From Rhodothermales bacterium (GTDB lineage: Bacteria; Bacteroidota; Rhodothermia; Rhodothermales; UBA10348): a stretch of DNA of 64,000 nucleotides. How positions within the stretch are numbered: position 1 is the stretch's first letter; every line of letters starts with the position of its first letter. This document shows, one piece after another, positions 37,894-48,127 of this stretch. Below the pieces are notes generated by a model. That model saw nothing but the letters and a program-made list of their open reading frames with translations, made no database searches and had not been told where the DNA came from. Location of the stretch: positions 69,528 through 133,527 of the forward strand of contig JAVJVN010000020.1 in assembly GCA_040221055.1 (NCBI GenBank), read 5' to 3'. The translations under genes were made by a program, and so were the position numbers.

Positions 37894-39714
37894 CTACTCC
37901 ACCGTTACGCTCTTGGCCAGATTCCGTGGCTGGTCCACATCACAACCCCGCAGGACGGCAATGTGGTAGGACAACAACTGCAGCGGAATGACCGTGAGCA
38001 ACGGACTCAGGAATTCCAGGGTTTTCGGAATCCGGATGACGTATTCGCACATCTCATCCAATTCCGTGTTTTCATCGTCCGTGATGGCAATGACCGATCC
38101 GTCCCGCGCCACCACCTCCTGGATATTCGACACCACTTTGTCGTAGGTACTGTCCCGCAGCGCGATGAACACCACCGGCATGAACCGGTCAATCAATGCG
38201 ATCGGCCCGTGCTTCATCTCGGCGGCCGGATAGCCCTCCGCGTGGATATAGGAGATTTCCTTGAGCTTCAAGGCACCTTCCAGGGCCACCGGGAAATTGA
38301 ATCCGCGGCCCAGATACAGGAAGTTGGATGCGTACCGGTAGATGCGCGCCAACTCTTCGATGCCCGTATCCGATTCCAGGAAGGTCTTGATCTTGCTCGG
38401 TATGGCCTGCAGTTCCTTCAGATACGCCGAGAAGTCCTCATCCGACAGCGTCCGGTCCTTCGACAGGGCGAGCGCGAGCATGGTCAGGACGGTGACTTGG
38501 GCGGTGAACGCCTTCGTGGAGGCAACGCCGATCTCGGGTCCTGCGTGCAGATAGACCCCCGCATCGGTTTCACGCGCGATGGTCGACCCTACGGTGTTGC
38601 AGATACCGTACACCGGGACATCCCGGGACTGGGCCTCCCGAACAGCGGCCAACGTATCGGCTGTTTCTCCGGACTGGGAAATGACCAGGAGGATATCGCC
38701 TTCCGACATGATGGGATTCCGGTACCGGAATTCGCTCGCATACTCCACTTCCACGGGAATCCGGGCCAACCCTTCAATCAGGTATTCCCCGACGAGCGCC
38801 GCATGCCAGGACGTGCCACACGCAGCAATCACAATGCGTTTCGCGCCGCGGAGTCCCTCCATGACGTCAATCAGTCCCCCCAGCACGACATCCGTTCCCA
38901 CGCGTCCCCGCATGCAATCCTCAAGTGAGCGGGGCTGCTCCATGATTTCCTTGAGCATGAAATGGGGGTAGCCGCCCTTCTCGATCTCTTCCAGATCCCA
39001 CTCCAACTCGTGGATTTCCTTGTTCAGGGTCTTGTTGTCGATGGTGCGCACCTCGAACCCGTTGCGCCGGATGACCACCATCTCGCCGTCATTCAGGTAT
39101 ACGACACTCCGGGTATACTCCACGATGGGCGCGGCGTCCGACCCCAGGAAGTACTCGTCATCCCCCACGCCGATGATGAGCGGACTCCCTTTCCGGGCGG
39201 CAATCAGGACATTGTCATCGGTAGCCGTGACCATGGCAATCCCGTACGTACCCACCACCTGGGTCAGCGCCTGGCGCAGGGATTCGTCGAGCGCCAGGCC
39301 GGTCAATTTGTGCACGTCCTCCACCAGGCGGACCAGGACCTCGGTGTCGGTCTGACTGTGGAAGACATACCCTTTTTCCGTGAGCGACGTGCGCAGCGTG
39401 GCGTAGTTCTCGATGATGCCGTTATGCACCAGGGCAAACGAGCCATCCGTGCTGACGTGAGGGTGGGCGTTGATATCGCTGGGGAATCCGTGCGTGGCCC
39501 AGCGGGTGTGCCCAATGCCGAGCGTCCCGGCCATGCCACCATCGACAGACGCCTCGAGCACGGCCACCTTGCCCAGCTTCTTCCGGACCTCGAGGGCTCC
39601 ATTGACGATGGCAATGCCCGCGGAATCATATCCGCGGTATTCCAATCGTTTCAATCCATTGACCAGGATTTCAGCGGCCTGGCGCTGCCCGATGTATCCG
39701 ACTATTCCACACAT
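37894..39714 (-). CDS. glmS: glutamine--fructose-6-phosphate aminotransferase
   Basis: It has the MCGIVGYIG N-terminal nucleophile, two SIS domains and the C-terminal ...NLAKSVTVE. Confidence 0.97.
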   Translation of the reverse strand: MCGIVGYIGQRQAAEILVNGLKRLEYRGYDSAGIAIVNGALEVRKKLGKVAVLEASVDGGMAGTLGIGHTRWATHGFPSDINAHPHVSTDGSFALVHNGIIENYATLRTSLTEKGYVFHSQTDTEVLVRLVEDVHKLTGLALDESLRQALTQVVGTYGIAMVTATDDNVLIAARKGSPLIIGVGDDEYFLGSDAAPIVEYTRSVVYLNDGEMVVIRRNGFEVRTIDNKTLNKEIHELEWDLEEIEKGGYPHFMLKEIMEQPRSLEDCMRGRVGTDVVLGGLIDVMEGLRGAKRIVIAACGTSWHAALVGEYLIEGLARIPVEVEYASEFRYRNPIMSEGDILLVISQSGETADTLAAVREAQSRDVPVYGICNTVGSTIARETDAGVYLHAGPEIGVASTKAFTAQVTVLTMLALALSKDRTLSDEDFSAYLKELQAIPSKIKTFLESDTGIEELARIYRYASNFLYLGRGFNFPVALEGALKLKEISYIHAEGYPAAEMKHGPIALIDRFMPVVFIALRDSTYDKVVSNIQEVVARDGSVIAITDDENTELDEMCEYVIRIPKTLEFLSPLLTVIPLQLLSYHIAVLRGCDVDQPRNLAKSVTVE

Positions 39715-39814
39715 GGGATTCCGCTTGTATTATCAGGCTGCAGGTGAATCATTACTCCGGCTGACTCGGATGGTTGGTCCTGTGTTTCAACACGCTATCC
39801 TTCCCGCCTGTCGC

Positions 39815-40834
39815 TCACGCTGGAACACTGCGTGAAACCGCCAGGGCAACCGCCCGGACGCGCTCCATGAGCGTATTGAATTGCTCAGGGAAGAGGGACT
39901 GGGGACCGTCGGAAAGAGCGGCCGGCGGGTCGGGGTGCATTTCAATCATGAGTCCATCGGCGCCGGCCGCCACCGCTGCAAGCGCCATCGGTTCCACCTT
40001 GTTCCGGATACCGATCCCGTGACTGGGGTCGACTACGATCGGGAGGTGGCTCTTCGACTTGACCACCGGCACCGCGGACAGGTCCAACGTGTTCCGGGTG
40101 GCCGTCTCGAAGGTCCGGATGCCCCGTTCGCACAGGATGACGTGCGGGTTGTCGGCAGCCAGGATGTATTCAGCGCTCATGAGCCATTCCTCGATGGTCG
40201 CCGACAACCCGCGCTTCAGCAGGACCGGACGGCCGGACTGGCCGACGGCCCGCAGCAGGGTATGATTCTGCATGTTCCGGGCGCCGATCTGCAGCACGTC
40301 CGCATACCGGGCAACCAATTCGACCTGCGACGCATCCATGACCTCCGTGATGACGTCCAGGCCGTTCGCGGTGGCGGCGTCGCGCATCCACCGGAGCCCG
40401 GGCTCGCCGTGACCCTGGAACGCATAGGGAGAGGAGCGCGGCTTGAACGCCCCGCCACGCAGCATCCGCGCACCCGCCTGCGCTACTATCCGCGCGGATT
40501 CGTGGATCTGTTCCTCCGATTCGACGCTGCACGGGCCGGCCATGACCACCAGATCCGGGCCCCCGATGGCGGCATGTGGCAACGTCACGACGGTGTTCTC
40601 ACGGCTCCAGGACCGGCTTGCGAATTTGTACGGCTCCGTGACCCGATGGACTTCGGACACCCCGTCCAACAGCTGGATATGGCGGCGATCGAAGTCCGGC
40701 TTCACGCCGATGGCCCCGAGCACCGTCTGCTGACTCCCGCTGGACCGGTGGACGTCGAATCCGAAGTCATTCAGCCGGGCGATGACGGCTTCAATCTGGT
40801 CTTCGCGCGCGCCGCGCTCCATGACTACAACCAT
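39815..40834 (-). CDS. 3-deoxy-7-phosphoheptulonate (DAHP) synthase, type I-beta with N-terminal ferredoxin-like regulatory domain
   Basis: It contains GPCSVES...[15 protein letters not shown]...IGARNMQN...DPSH. The ~65-aa N-terminal extension resembles the regulatory domain of the Thermotoga-type enzymes. Confidence 0.9.
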   Translation of the reverse strand: MVVVMERGAREDQIEAVIARLNDFGFDVHRSSGSQQTVLGAIGVKPDFDRRHIQLLDGVSEVHRVTEPYKFASRSWSRENTVVTLPHAAIGGPDLVVMAGPCSVESEEQIHESARIVAQAGARMLRGGAFKPRSSPYAFQGHGEPGLRWMRDAATANGLDVITEVMDASQVELVARYADVLQIGARNMQNHTLLRAVGQSGRPVLLKRGLSATIEEWLMSAEYILAADNPHVILCERGIRTFETATRNTLDLSAVPVVKSKSHLPIVVDPSHGIGIRNKVEPMALAAVAAGADGLMIEMHPDPPAALSDGPQSLFPEQFNTLMERVRAVALAVSRSVPA

Positions 40835-40836
40835 GA

Positions 40837-42108
40837 TCAGCCCTCCACGTGGACAAGGTGATAATTCCGTTTGCCCTTGCGGAGCACGAGCAACGACCCT
40901 TCAATCAGCGCTTCGACGCCAACACGGTCATTTTCATCGGCCACACGCGCGTTGTTGACAAACGCACCGCCCGACCGGACCAGCCGCCGGGCCTCGCCTT
41001 TCGACGCCGCAAGTCCGGTATCCGAGAACAGGTCCAGGACTCCGAGGCCCTCTCCTTCGAGAACGGTCCTGCCAAGCGTGGTCGAGGGTACATCCTCGAA
41101 GATGTCCCGCAGACTGTCCACGCTCACATCGTCGAGCGCGCCTCCGAACAGGACCTCCGATGCCTTCTCCGCATTCGCCAGTTCGGTCGGCCCATGGACC
41201 AACGCTGTGACCTCACGGGCCAGCACGCGGTGGGCTTCCCGGCGCCCGGGGTCGGCCTCGTGCGTCTTCTCCAACGCGGCAATCTCCTCGCGGCTGAGCC
41301 ACGTGAAGTACTTCAGGTACGGCACGACATCCCGGTCGTCCGCATTCAGCCAGAACTGATAAAATCGGTAGGGACTCGTGCGCAAGGGGTCCAACCAGAT
41401 GGTACCCGCTTCGGTCTTGCCGAACTTTGTTCCGGCCGCGTTCGTGACCAGCGGAAACACCAGGCCGTGCGCGCGCCGGCTCCGGGCGCGGCGGATGAGG
41501 TCCGTGCCGGCAATGATGTTGCCCCACTGGTCCGACCCGCCCATCTGCACATGGCATCCATACCGGTCGCTGAGTTCCAGGAAGTCGTATGCCTGCAGCA
41601 TCATGTACGTGAACTCGGTGTACGAAATGCCGTCTTCCGACTCAATGCGGCGCTTGACGGACTCCTTGGCCAGCATGTAGTTGACCGTGAAGTACTTGCC
41701 CACGTCGCGCAGGAAGTCTATCAGCCCGAGGGAGCCCAGCCAATCCAGGTTGTTGACCATGCGGGCCGGGTTGTCCGTGGCCTTGAAATCCAGGAATGGC
41801 TCCAACTGGCGCTGGATACCGGCCAGGTTCTCCGCGACCTGTTCGGCCGACTGCAACTGCCGCTCGGCCGTTTTCCCACTCGGATCGCCGATCAGACCGG
41901 TCCCACCGCCCACGAGTGCAATGGGATGGTGCCCGAACCGCTGCAAGCGGGCCAGGCTCATGATGGGCAACAACGAACCCACGTGCAGGCTCGATGCCGT
42001 CGGATCGAAACCGATGTAAGCGGTCTGCGGTCCGGAAGCAAATAGATCCTTCAACTCCGGCGTGCTGTCGTACAACAGGCCGCGCCATTCAAACTCTTCG
42101 TATATCAT
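40837..42108 (-). CDS. tyrS: tyrosine--tRNA ligase
   Basis: It has a HIGH-type motif (LHVGSLLPI), a KMSKS-type motif (KFGKT) and a C-terminal S4-like domain. Confidence 0.95.
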   Translation of the reverse strand: MIYEEFEWRGLLYDSTPELKDLFASGPQTAYIGFDPTASSLHVGSLLPIMSLARLQRFGHHPIALVGGGTGLIGDPSGKTAERQLQSAEQVAENLAGIQRQLEPFLDFKATDNPARMVNNLDWLGSLGLIDFLRDVGKYFTVNYMLAKESVKRRIESEDGISYTEFTYMMLQAYDFLELSDRYGCHVQMGGSDQWGNIIAGTDLIRRARSRRAHGLVFPLVTNAAGTKFGKTEAGTIWLDPLRTSPYRFYQFWLNADDRDVVPYLKYFTWLSREEIAALEKTHEADPGRREAHRVLAREVTALVHGPTELANAEKASEVLFGGALDDVSVDSLRDIFEDVPSTTLGRTVLEGEGLGVLDLFSDTGLAASKGEARRLVRSGGAFVNNARVADENDRVGVEALIEGSLLVLRKGKRNYHLVHVEG

Positions 42109-43100
42109 ATGTAACGTTCAAGCGTAAACTTCTCTCCCAGATAGCGCCGGCGCACTTCCGGGTCCGATGCGAGCATCTCGGCCGATCCCTGTTTCAGGAT
42201 CTTGCCCTCGTACAGCAGATAGGCCCGGTCGGTGATGGCGAGCGTCTCGTGTACGTTGTGATCGGTGATGAGGACGCCGATCCCCTTGGCCCTCAACCCT
42301 TTCACGATGGATTGGATGTCCTCGACCGCAATAGGATCCACCCCCGCGAAAGGTTCATCCAGCAGGAAGAACCGGGGACGGATGGCCAGCGCCCGCGCAA
42401 TCTCGGTCCGCCGACGCTCGCCGCCCGAAAGCATGTAGCCCATGGAGCGTCGGACCTGTTCCAACCCGAATTCCCCGATGAGTTCATCCACCCGGCGCGC
42501 GCGCTCTTGCCGGGACAGGTCCTGGTACTCCAGGACCGCCTCCAGATTCTGTTCTACCGTGAGTTGCGAAAAAATGGAGGCTTCCTGGGCAAGGTAGCCA
42601 ATGCCTCGTCGGGCCCGTTCGTACATGGGAAGGTGCGTAATCGGATCCGCCCCGAGCCGGACCGTGCCGTGGTCCGGTTTCACCAGTCCCACCATCATGT
42701 GGAAGGTGGTGGTCTTCCCGGCGCCGTTGGGGCCCAAAAGGCCCACGATTTCCCCTTCCCGGACTGTCAGTTCCACCTCGTTGACCACGGTCCGTTTCCG
42801 GTACCGCTTCACCAGACCCGTCGCCGACAGCGTCAACGCATCCGGCCGGACGGCCGCCGGCGAGGCTGCCGGGTCGTCCGTCGCCACGACAGATCCATCC
42901 CGGATCATCCGGTGGGCACTCCGCCACGCCGATGCCGCATCCTCCTCACGACCCACCGCTTCACAGGCCTGTGCCAGCAGGACATGGGCCAACACGAACG
43001 TCGGCACGTCCCGCGTGACCTGCTCCAGGATACCGATGGCGGCTTCCGGCGTACCCTCCTTGAAGTGGGTCAGGGCCTGTTCGATTTCAGAAAGTGCCAT
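42105..43100 (-). CDS. lptB: LPS export ABC transporter ATP-binding protein LptB with a ~90-aa N-terminal extension
   Basis: It has Walker [10 protein letters not shown], the signature LSGGERRR and Walker [13 protein letters not shown]. The ATG at 43100 lies 9 nt after the upstream stop, and the extension has coding-like GC3. An alternative internal start is at 42908. Confidence 0.85.
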   Translation of the reverse strand: MALSEIEQALTHFKEGTPEAAIGILEQVTRDVPTFVLAHVLLAQACEAVGREEDAASAWRSAHRMIRDGSVVATDDPAASPAAVRPDALTLSATGLVKRYRKRTVVNEVELTVREGEIVGLLGPNGAGKTTTFHMMVGLVKPDHGTVRLGADPITHLPMYERARRGIGYLAQEASIFSQLTVEQNLEAVLEYQDLSRQERARRVDELIGEFGLEQVRRSMGYMLSGGERRRTEIARALAIRPRFFLLDEPFAGVDPIAVEDIQSIVKGLRAKGIGVLITDHNVHETLAITDRAYLLYEGKILKQGSAEMLASDPEVRRRYLGEKFTLERYI

Positions 43101-43109
43101 GGTGGTGGG

Positions 43110-44519
43110 TCAGTAGCCTGTTCGCTCGGCCGACAAGGCATGGAACCGGGCCGTCAGGAGGGTCCGGTCCGGGCGGTCGCCGGGAATCCAAATATAGCCC
43201 GCAAGATCCGTCAGTCGGTTGAACAAGTTACGTGTGTATTCGGTCCCGGCCGTCTGTCCGGTGAACACCAGCCGCTCCGGCTCCCCGCCGGCAAATCCTG
43301 TTTTGACGGCATCGGCGCTCGCACTGAACGCCAATTCGCGACCGGTATCCTCCTCCACGAGGTACAGCAGGACCTCAGCGTTCGGCGTCATGTAGAGCGA
43401 AGTGAGCGAATCGGAGGCCACACCGGCGGCCAGTCGACCGGCCTTCATTTGATTGATGCGCCCCGTCGCCGAGTCTTCCCGGGCGACAAAAACGCTTCCC
43501 CAGGCAAACACCGAGTCGACCGATGCGTGCGCCTGCTCGATCACGGCCATGCTGTCCGCGGTCACCTGGGTGGACTGCAGCCAGGTCCGCACGTCGCCGT
43601 GGATCCGGCTCCACCCGTCGCCGGCTGCGAGCGAGTCGCCGCGGAGCGCCCGCCCCGGCGCCGAGACCACAACCGAGTCCATGGCCGCCATGAAGTCCCC
43701 CTTCAGCCACGCCCGCCGGGAGGTCACGAACAATGTATCGGTAGTCGCGTCATCGAACCGCCCCACGAACACGCGGCCCTCAATGACCGTGGAATCGGCC
43801 GTTTCGTGGCGATAGACGGCATCCCCGAACACACGCGCGGTCTCGGCCCCCGTGGAGTCACGCGTGACCACGGCCACGCGTCCCGTCGCCCACGACTCCT
43901 GCGTCGTCCGTTCGTACCGGACCGAATCGGCCCAGAGATCGGTATCCTCCCGCTGCAGGCGGATGGTACCTGCAAAATCCGCCCGTTCCAGTTCGGTGTG
44001 ATAGACGCCCCGCTCGGCGGTGAGGACCGAGAGGCTGTCGGCGAACCGCACGCCCTCCTCGAAGTGGGTCTGCTTTTCCCGCGAATACCAGCGTCCGGAC
44101 GGGGCCGTCAAAGCGACCTCACCGTCGGAAACACGCACGTTCCCCCGGGCAACCCCGATCTTGGTCGCCTTCTCGTACCGGATATGGTCGGCCCGGACCG
44201 TGTCTCCCGGCTCGGTGATGACCACGTTTCCCCGGAAGGTGACGAATCCGTTTCCCTCATCGGTGGCAAAATCAGACCGGAGCGACGTGTCGCCCTGGGT
44301 CAGACGCGCCCGGATCATGTCCACGATTTCCAACCCCCCGATCCGGCGGAACGACAGCGAGTCGGCCGAGATGTCCACCTCTTCGGCCGGGGTGTCTACC
44401 TGCCGGGCCTCCGCGGTCCCGGCCATCATGGCCAACAGAAATACCGTCATACAGGCCAACAGGCCGGCAGACGGCCCACCCGAACCGGTCTTCCTGATGG
44501 TATGTTGGCCCGACCTCAC
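43110..44519 (-). CDS. OstA/LptA-family periplasmic protein (long, multi-repeat)
   Basis: It has repeated OstA-like beta-jellyroll patterns (ADSL....G...F.GNV......D...AD...Y). A GTG at 44519 overlaps the lptC stop as GTGA and gives a good signal peptide. An alternative ATG start is at 44450. Confidence 0.6.
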   Translation of the reverse strand: MRSGQHTIRKTGSGGPSAGLLACMTVFLLAMMAGTAEARQVDTPAEEVDISADSLSFRRIGGLEIVDMIRARLTQGDTSLRSDFATDEGNGFVTFRGNVVITEPGDTVRADHIRYEKATKIGVARGNVRVSDGEVALTAPSGRWYSREKQTHFEEGVRFADSLSVLTAERGVYHTELERADFAGTIRLQREDTDLWADSVRYERTTQESWATGRVAVVTRDSTGAETARVFGDAVYRHETADSTVIEGRVFVGRFDDATTDTLFVTSRRAWLKGDFMAAMDSVVVSAPGRALRGDSLAAGDGWSRIHGDVRTWLQSTQVTADSMAVIEQAHASVDSVFAWGSVFVAREDSATGRINQMKAGRLAAGVASDSLTSLYMTPNAEVLLYLVEEDTGRELAFSASADAVKTGFAGGEPERLVFTGQTAGTEYTRNLFNRLTDLAGYIWIPGDRPDRTLLTARFHALSAERTGY

Positions 44520-45172
44520 GGCGTTCCTTCCTCGGGAATGACCGTTCCGCTGACGCGGCTCATGTGCAGATCTTCCAGGTTCTCGTCCGCATCCAGGCCC
44601 CACCCCCGGATGGTCTGCGTGGGTGTCCGGATGGTGGCAAAACCCGGGGTGCCGACCCGCTGGGTGGCCTCGTTCCAGTCCAGGTGTTCGCTCCACAGAT
44701 TCCGACCTTGCGTGGTCTCCACCTGTACATCGCCCCGGGCCGTGAACCGCTTCTCGGCTTCGTACCAGGTGACTTCATTGGCCTGTACCACGGCCGTGGA
44801 CTCGCCGGCCTCATTGAACAAGGTGACTTCGACCCGGCGTACGGAATCCGGGGAGGCGGTCAGGACCATCCATGTGCTGTCCGGGGATTCGTAACGGGCC
44901 ATGTGATCGGCCACCATGTGCAATCGGGGTATGCCGTGCTCACTCACCCACATGTCGGGCGCCCAGGACTCCTGGTCCGGGCCCACTGCAGCGAGCGCGG
45001 AATCGACCGTGACGGCCGACTCATGGCGGGTACAACCGGCCACCACCGCGACAAGGAATACGGCCAGGACAACAGACCTGAATCCGGGCCGTATTCCGGC
45101 AGGCAACCGGGTCAAAAAGCGAGCCCGCGATCTGACCTGCAATGCATGAAATGGATGGATTCGTGGATTCAT
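44516..45172 (-). CDS. lptC: LptC-like protein
   Basis: It has an N-terminal anchor with a lipobox-like VAGC and a beta-rich domain (FNEAGESTAVVQANEVTWYEAEKRFTARGDVQVET). Its position is upstream of the OstA-like gene and lptB, and its ATG overlaps the upstream stop. Confidence 0.55.
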   Translation of the reverse strand: MNPRIHPFHALQVRSRARFLTRLPAGIRPGFRSVVLAVFLVAVVAGCTRHESAVTVDSALAAVGPDQESWAPDMWVSEHGIPRLHMVADHMARYESPDSTWMVLTASPDSVRRVEVTLFNEAGESTAVVQANEVTWYEAEKRFTARGDVQVETTQGRNLWSEHLDWNEATQRVGTPGFATIRTPTQTIRGWGLDADENLEDLHMSRVSGTVIPEEGTP

Positions 45173-45963
45173 GGCGACAGATACGCGGGTGAGGGGCGCC
45201 CGGTCCCGTCCGGTGCCAGAATCGCCCACGTCGCCCGGGCGCCCTCACAGGTGCCTTCGAGCAACCGCGCGAATTCGGTGCAGGCGGCCTCCAGGCGGAG
45301 GCGTTCCGGGTGGGGATTGACGATATCGGTGGGGTTGGCGGGGTTGGTGAGGGATGCTTCGCTTGGGCCAGCCGGCGCGTACAGGAGTGCCAATACCCGT
45401 CGGGTATCCGGGGTGGTCTTGGTGGCCATGCTGTCCTTCACGGCATTCACCACCGGCACGTCACCCACGCAGCCTGCAATCAGGTCTTCCAGGTCGATTT
45501 CCTGTCCGGCGCTGTTGAACACATACGACTCCCCGGGCGCGCCCAGACGGACCATCACAGACAAGGGAGCGGGCATGGCTGCACCGGAATCCGCAATTGA
45601 AGTCAAGCCCGCCGCCCGGTCCAGGTCCAGGATGGAAATGGGCACGACGTGGGCCAGGCTGACCGCGTTGCAGATGTCCACAAGCGTATTGATCCGGGGA
45701 AACGTGCCCTCCTCAGCGGTCCGGAGCAGGTACTCGCTCGCCGGCTTCCCGCGGCCGGTGGGCTTGTAGCGCCCGTTCCGGAATACATCCCGGACGCGCA
45801 TGCGGAACGCATCGTCCGCCGCGTCGAGCGGGGAGCGCCGCTGTTGGAGCAGGGTCTCCAAGCGTTCCTCCAGGGCGGAATGCGGGGCCGTCGCGCGGAC
45901 TCCGTCCGCAGCGACGGCCCCCAAAAGCAGCGATTCAGGACCTCTGTGGTGTATCTCGATCAT
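45169..45963 (-). CDS. B3/B4 tRNA-binding-domain-like protein
   Basis: The pattern RNGRYKPTGRGKPASEYLLR...FPRINTLVDICN matches what I recall of stand-alone B3/4 (PheT-related) domain proteins. Confidence 0.55.
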   Translation of the reverse strand: MIEIHHRGPESLLLGAVAADGVRATAPHSALEERLETLLQQRRSPLDAADDAFRMRVRDVFRNGRYKPTGRGKPASEYLLRTAEEGTFPRINTLVDICNAVSLAHVVPISILDLDRAAGLTSIADSGAAMPAPLSVMVRLGAPGESYVFNSAGQEIDLEDLIAGCVGDVPVVNAVKDSMATKTTPDTRRVLALLYAPAGPSEASLTNPANPTDIVNPHPERLRLEAACTEFARLLEGTCEGARATWAILAPDGTGRPSPAYLSP

Positions 45964-46088
45964 TCTGGAGGGGAGGGTGTATATTCAGGGATCGCGCCAG
46001 AAAAGGGACGCCAGGATGATTTTAGTTTGGTGGTCGGCCGCCGATAACCAGATCACAACGAACGTCCACGATCTGCACCATTACGGTC

Positions 46089-46442
46089 ATGCAAGCTACA
46101 ACAATGAGCTTCTCCATCGAACCTGTCACACACGACACGGTCGTCATCAGGATCGGGAAGGCCCTCGACTTCCGCAACGCCGCCGATTTCAAGGCTGCGG
46201 CGCAGGAGCAGGTTCGGTCCGGCGTCCGGAATTTCATTCTTGATTTCACCGACACCGGCATTCTCGATTCCACCGGATTGGGATCCATTTTCAGCCTTTA
46301 TCGCCAGGTATCGCCCATGAGCGGCCAGGTGGTATTCGCTTCGGTATCGCGCCCTGTCCAGGTCGTCGTACAGCTGACGCGCACCTACAAGGTGTTCCGC
46401 CAGTTCCCGACGGTCGACGCGGCCCGCGAAGCCGTCCGCTGA
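46089..46442 (+). CDS. STAS-domain anti-sigma-factor antagonist
   Basis: It contains FILDFTDTGILDSTGLGSI, with the conserved phosphorylatable Ser/Thr in DST/SG context. The protein is 117 aa. Confidence 0.8.
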   Translation: MQATTMSFSIEPVTHDTVVIRIGKALDFRNAADFKAAAQEQVRSGVRNFILDFTDTGILDSTGLGSIFSLYRQVSPMSGQVVFASVSRPVQVVVQLTRTYKVFRQFPTVDAAREAVR

Positions 46443-46476
46443 GCAAGCATCCCACCGAGACAACCCGTATCCCGCC

Positions 46477-46929
46477 ATGGAAGTCACCAAGACGCACTTC
46501 CGAAAACTGGACCGCATCGTGGATGACCTTCATGAGCTGTTCGACGCGTGGGAATCCGAAGGCGCGCTCTTGTCGCATCTCGATTCCGACACCGTGGAAC
46601 TCATGAAACTGGCCCTCCACGAATGGGTCGCCAACATCGTGCAACACGCGGAATTCGGCGATCGTGAGCCGCGCGTTACGCTCGATATCATTCCCAATGG
46701 TCGGCGGGTACGCTGTGTGATTGAAGACAATTCCCTCGGATTTCCGCTCCTGGAGGAGCTGGTGGTCCGTCAGGAGGCCCTCGAGCCCTTTCCGGAGCGT
46801 GGAATGGGCCTCCTCATGCTCGACGCTGCGACCGAGTACTTCCGCTACTCCCGTCTGGATGACGGTCGACAGAAACTGGAGTTCACCGTATCAGGAGAAA
46901 AGGATCCATGGCTGAACATTCCATTCTAG
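46477..46929 (+). CDS. anti-sigma regulatory factor, RsbW/SpoIIAB-type Ser/Thr kinase (HATPase_c)
   Basis: It has N-box-like EWVANIVQH and G-box-like ERGMGLLML, and it directly follows the STAS gene. Confidence 0.65.
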   Translation: MEVTKTHFRKLDRIVDDLHELFDAWESEGALLSHLDSDTVELMKLALHEWVANIVQHAEFGDREPRVTLDIIPNGRRVRCVIEDNSLGFPLLEELVVRQEALEPFPERGMGLLMLDAATEYFRYSRLDDGRQKLEFTVSGEKDPWLNIPF

Positions 46930-48116
46930 TCGTAGAAGACGAGCACACCCTGCGCCGTCTGCTGGAGTACCGCCTCGGGAAACAGTTCAAGGTGCGCACC
47001 GCATCCAATGGCGAAGAAGCCATGGAACGCATTGCCGAGGAACTCCCCAGCCTCGTCATCTCGGACATCATGATGCCGAAGATGGATGGCTTCGCCCTGC
47101 AGGCTGCCATGCAGGAGCGCCGGGAAACCAGTGTCATCCCGTTCATCTTCCTCACGGCCAAGGCCGATGAGCAGAGCCGCCTGAAAGGCCGCCGGACGGG
47201 TGTGGACGACTACATCACGAAACCCTTCGACATCGATCAGTTGCTGTCCCGCGTGGACCGGCTGCTGGCCCGTACGTCGCACTTCCAGACGCAGCTTGAC
47301 GCGAAGATCGGACAGGACTTCTCGCAGAAGCTCATGCCCAAGAAACTTCCCGTGGTGGATGGCTGGCGCCTGGATTTCCACAACGCCCCGAAAGAACACG
47401 GTGGCGGAGATATTTTTGACTGGACGGAGATCAAGCCGGGCGTCTACTTCATTACCGTCGGAGACGTCATGGGCAAGGGCCTCCAGGCCAAGTTCTACGC
47501 CTTCAGTTTCTTGGGATACATCCGCAGCACGGTGCATGCCCTGCTCCGGACGTCCAACTCACCGGCCGAGATCATGACGCGGGTGAACCAGATGCTTGTG
47601 GACGATCCGCCCATGGAAGACACATTCGCCTCCCTCCTGTTCATCCGCTGGGAGCCGGCCCGGAATCTGGTCACGTATGCCAACGGCGGACACTGCCGCC
47701 CCGTGACCGTATCGTCGAAAGGTGCCGAGATCGTCGAGTATTCGGACATGGTGCTTGGACTGAATCCGGACGCGGAATTCCGCGACACATCGCTTATCGT
47801 TTCGCCCGGATCCGGCTTCCTGGCCTATACCGATGGCCTCGTCGAACAACAGATGGCCTCCGGCAACCAACTGGGCGAAGCAGGCCTGGTTGAGGCCATG
47901 CAGAAGGCCTGGGGCACACCCGAGCCCATGAAAAAGCTGGTGTCCAACGTGCTGGAGGACAGTGCGGCTCCGGAATACAGCGATGACCTGCTCATCTTCT
48001 GGCTGGAACGGCTGGCTGCGAAGGACAAGGACAAGGACAAGGACAAGGAACGCGAACACGCTGCTCCCCGGTGGTTTTCTCCCTTCGGAGAAAACGCCGC
48101 CACGGACACGGTCTGA
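46908..48116 (+). CDS. response-regulator receiver fused to a PP2C/SpoIIE-type phosphatase
   Basis: The receiver shows ILVVEDE...SDIMMPKMDG...TAK. The PP2C domain shows GGDIFDW...VGDVMGKG. Its start overlaps the kinase gene by 22 nt. Confidence 0.85.
   Translation: MAEHSILVVEDEHTLRRLLEYRLGKQFKVRTASNGEEAMERIAEELPSLVISDIMMPKMDGFALQAAMQERRETSVIPFIFLTAKADEQSRLKGRRTGVDDYITKPFDIDQLLSRVDRLLARTSHFQTQLDAKIGQDFSQKLMPKKLPVVDGWRLDFHNAPKEHGGGDIFDWTEIKPGVYFITVGDVMGKGLQAKFYAFSFLGYIRSTVHALLRTSNSPAEIMTRVNQMLVDDPPMEDTFASLLFIRWEPARNLVTYANGGHCRPVTVSSKGAEIVEYSDMVLGLNPDAEFRDTSLIVSPGSGFLAYTDGLVEQQMASGNQLGEAGLVEAMQKAWGTPEPMKKLVSNVLEDSAAPEYSDDLLIFWLERLAAKDKDKDKDKEREHAAPRWFSPFGENAATDTV
48021..48050 (+). repeat. in-frame hexanucleotide tandem repeat (AAGGAC)x4 plus AAGGAA
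   Basis: Read directly from the sequence. It encodes KDKDKDKDKE near the C-terminus of the receiver-PP2C protein. Confidence 0.95.
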
Positions 48117-48127
48117 CAACCCCGCGG

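Noticed and set aside
39715-39814. A glmS ribozyme or riboswitch upstream of glmS.
   Set aside because: The leader is only ~100 nt and I see none of the conserved glmS ribozyme core. That ribozyme is essentially confined to Firmicutes-type lineages.
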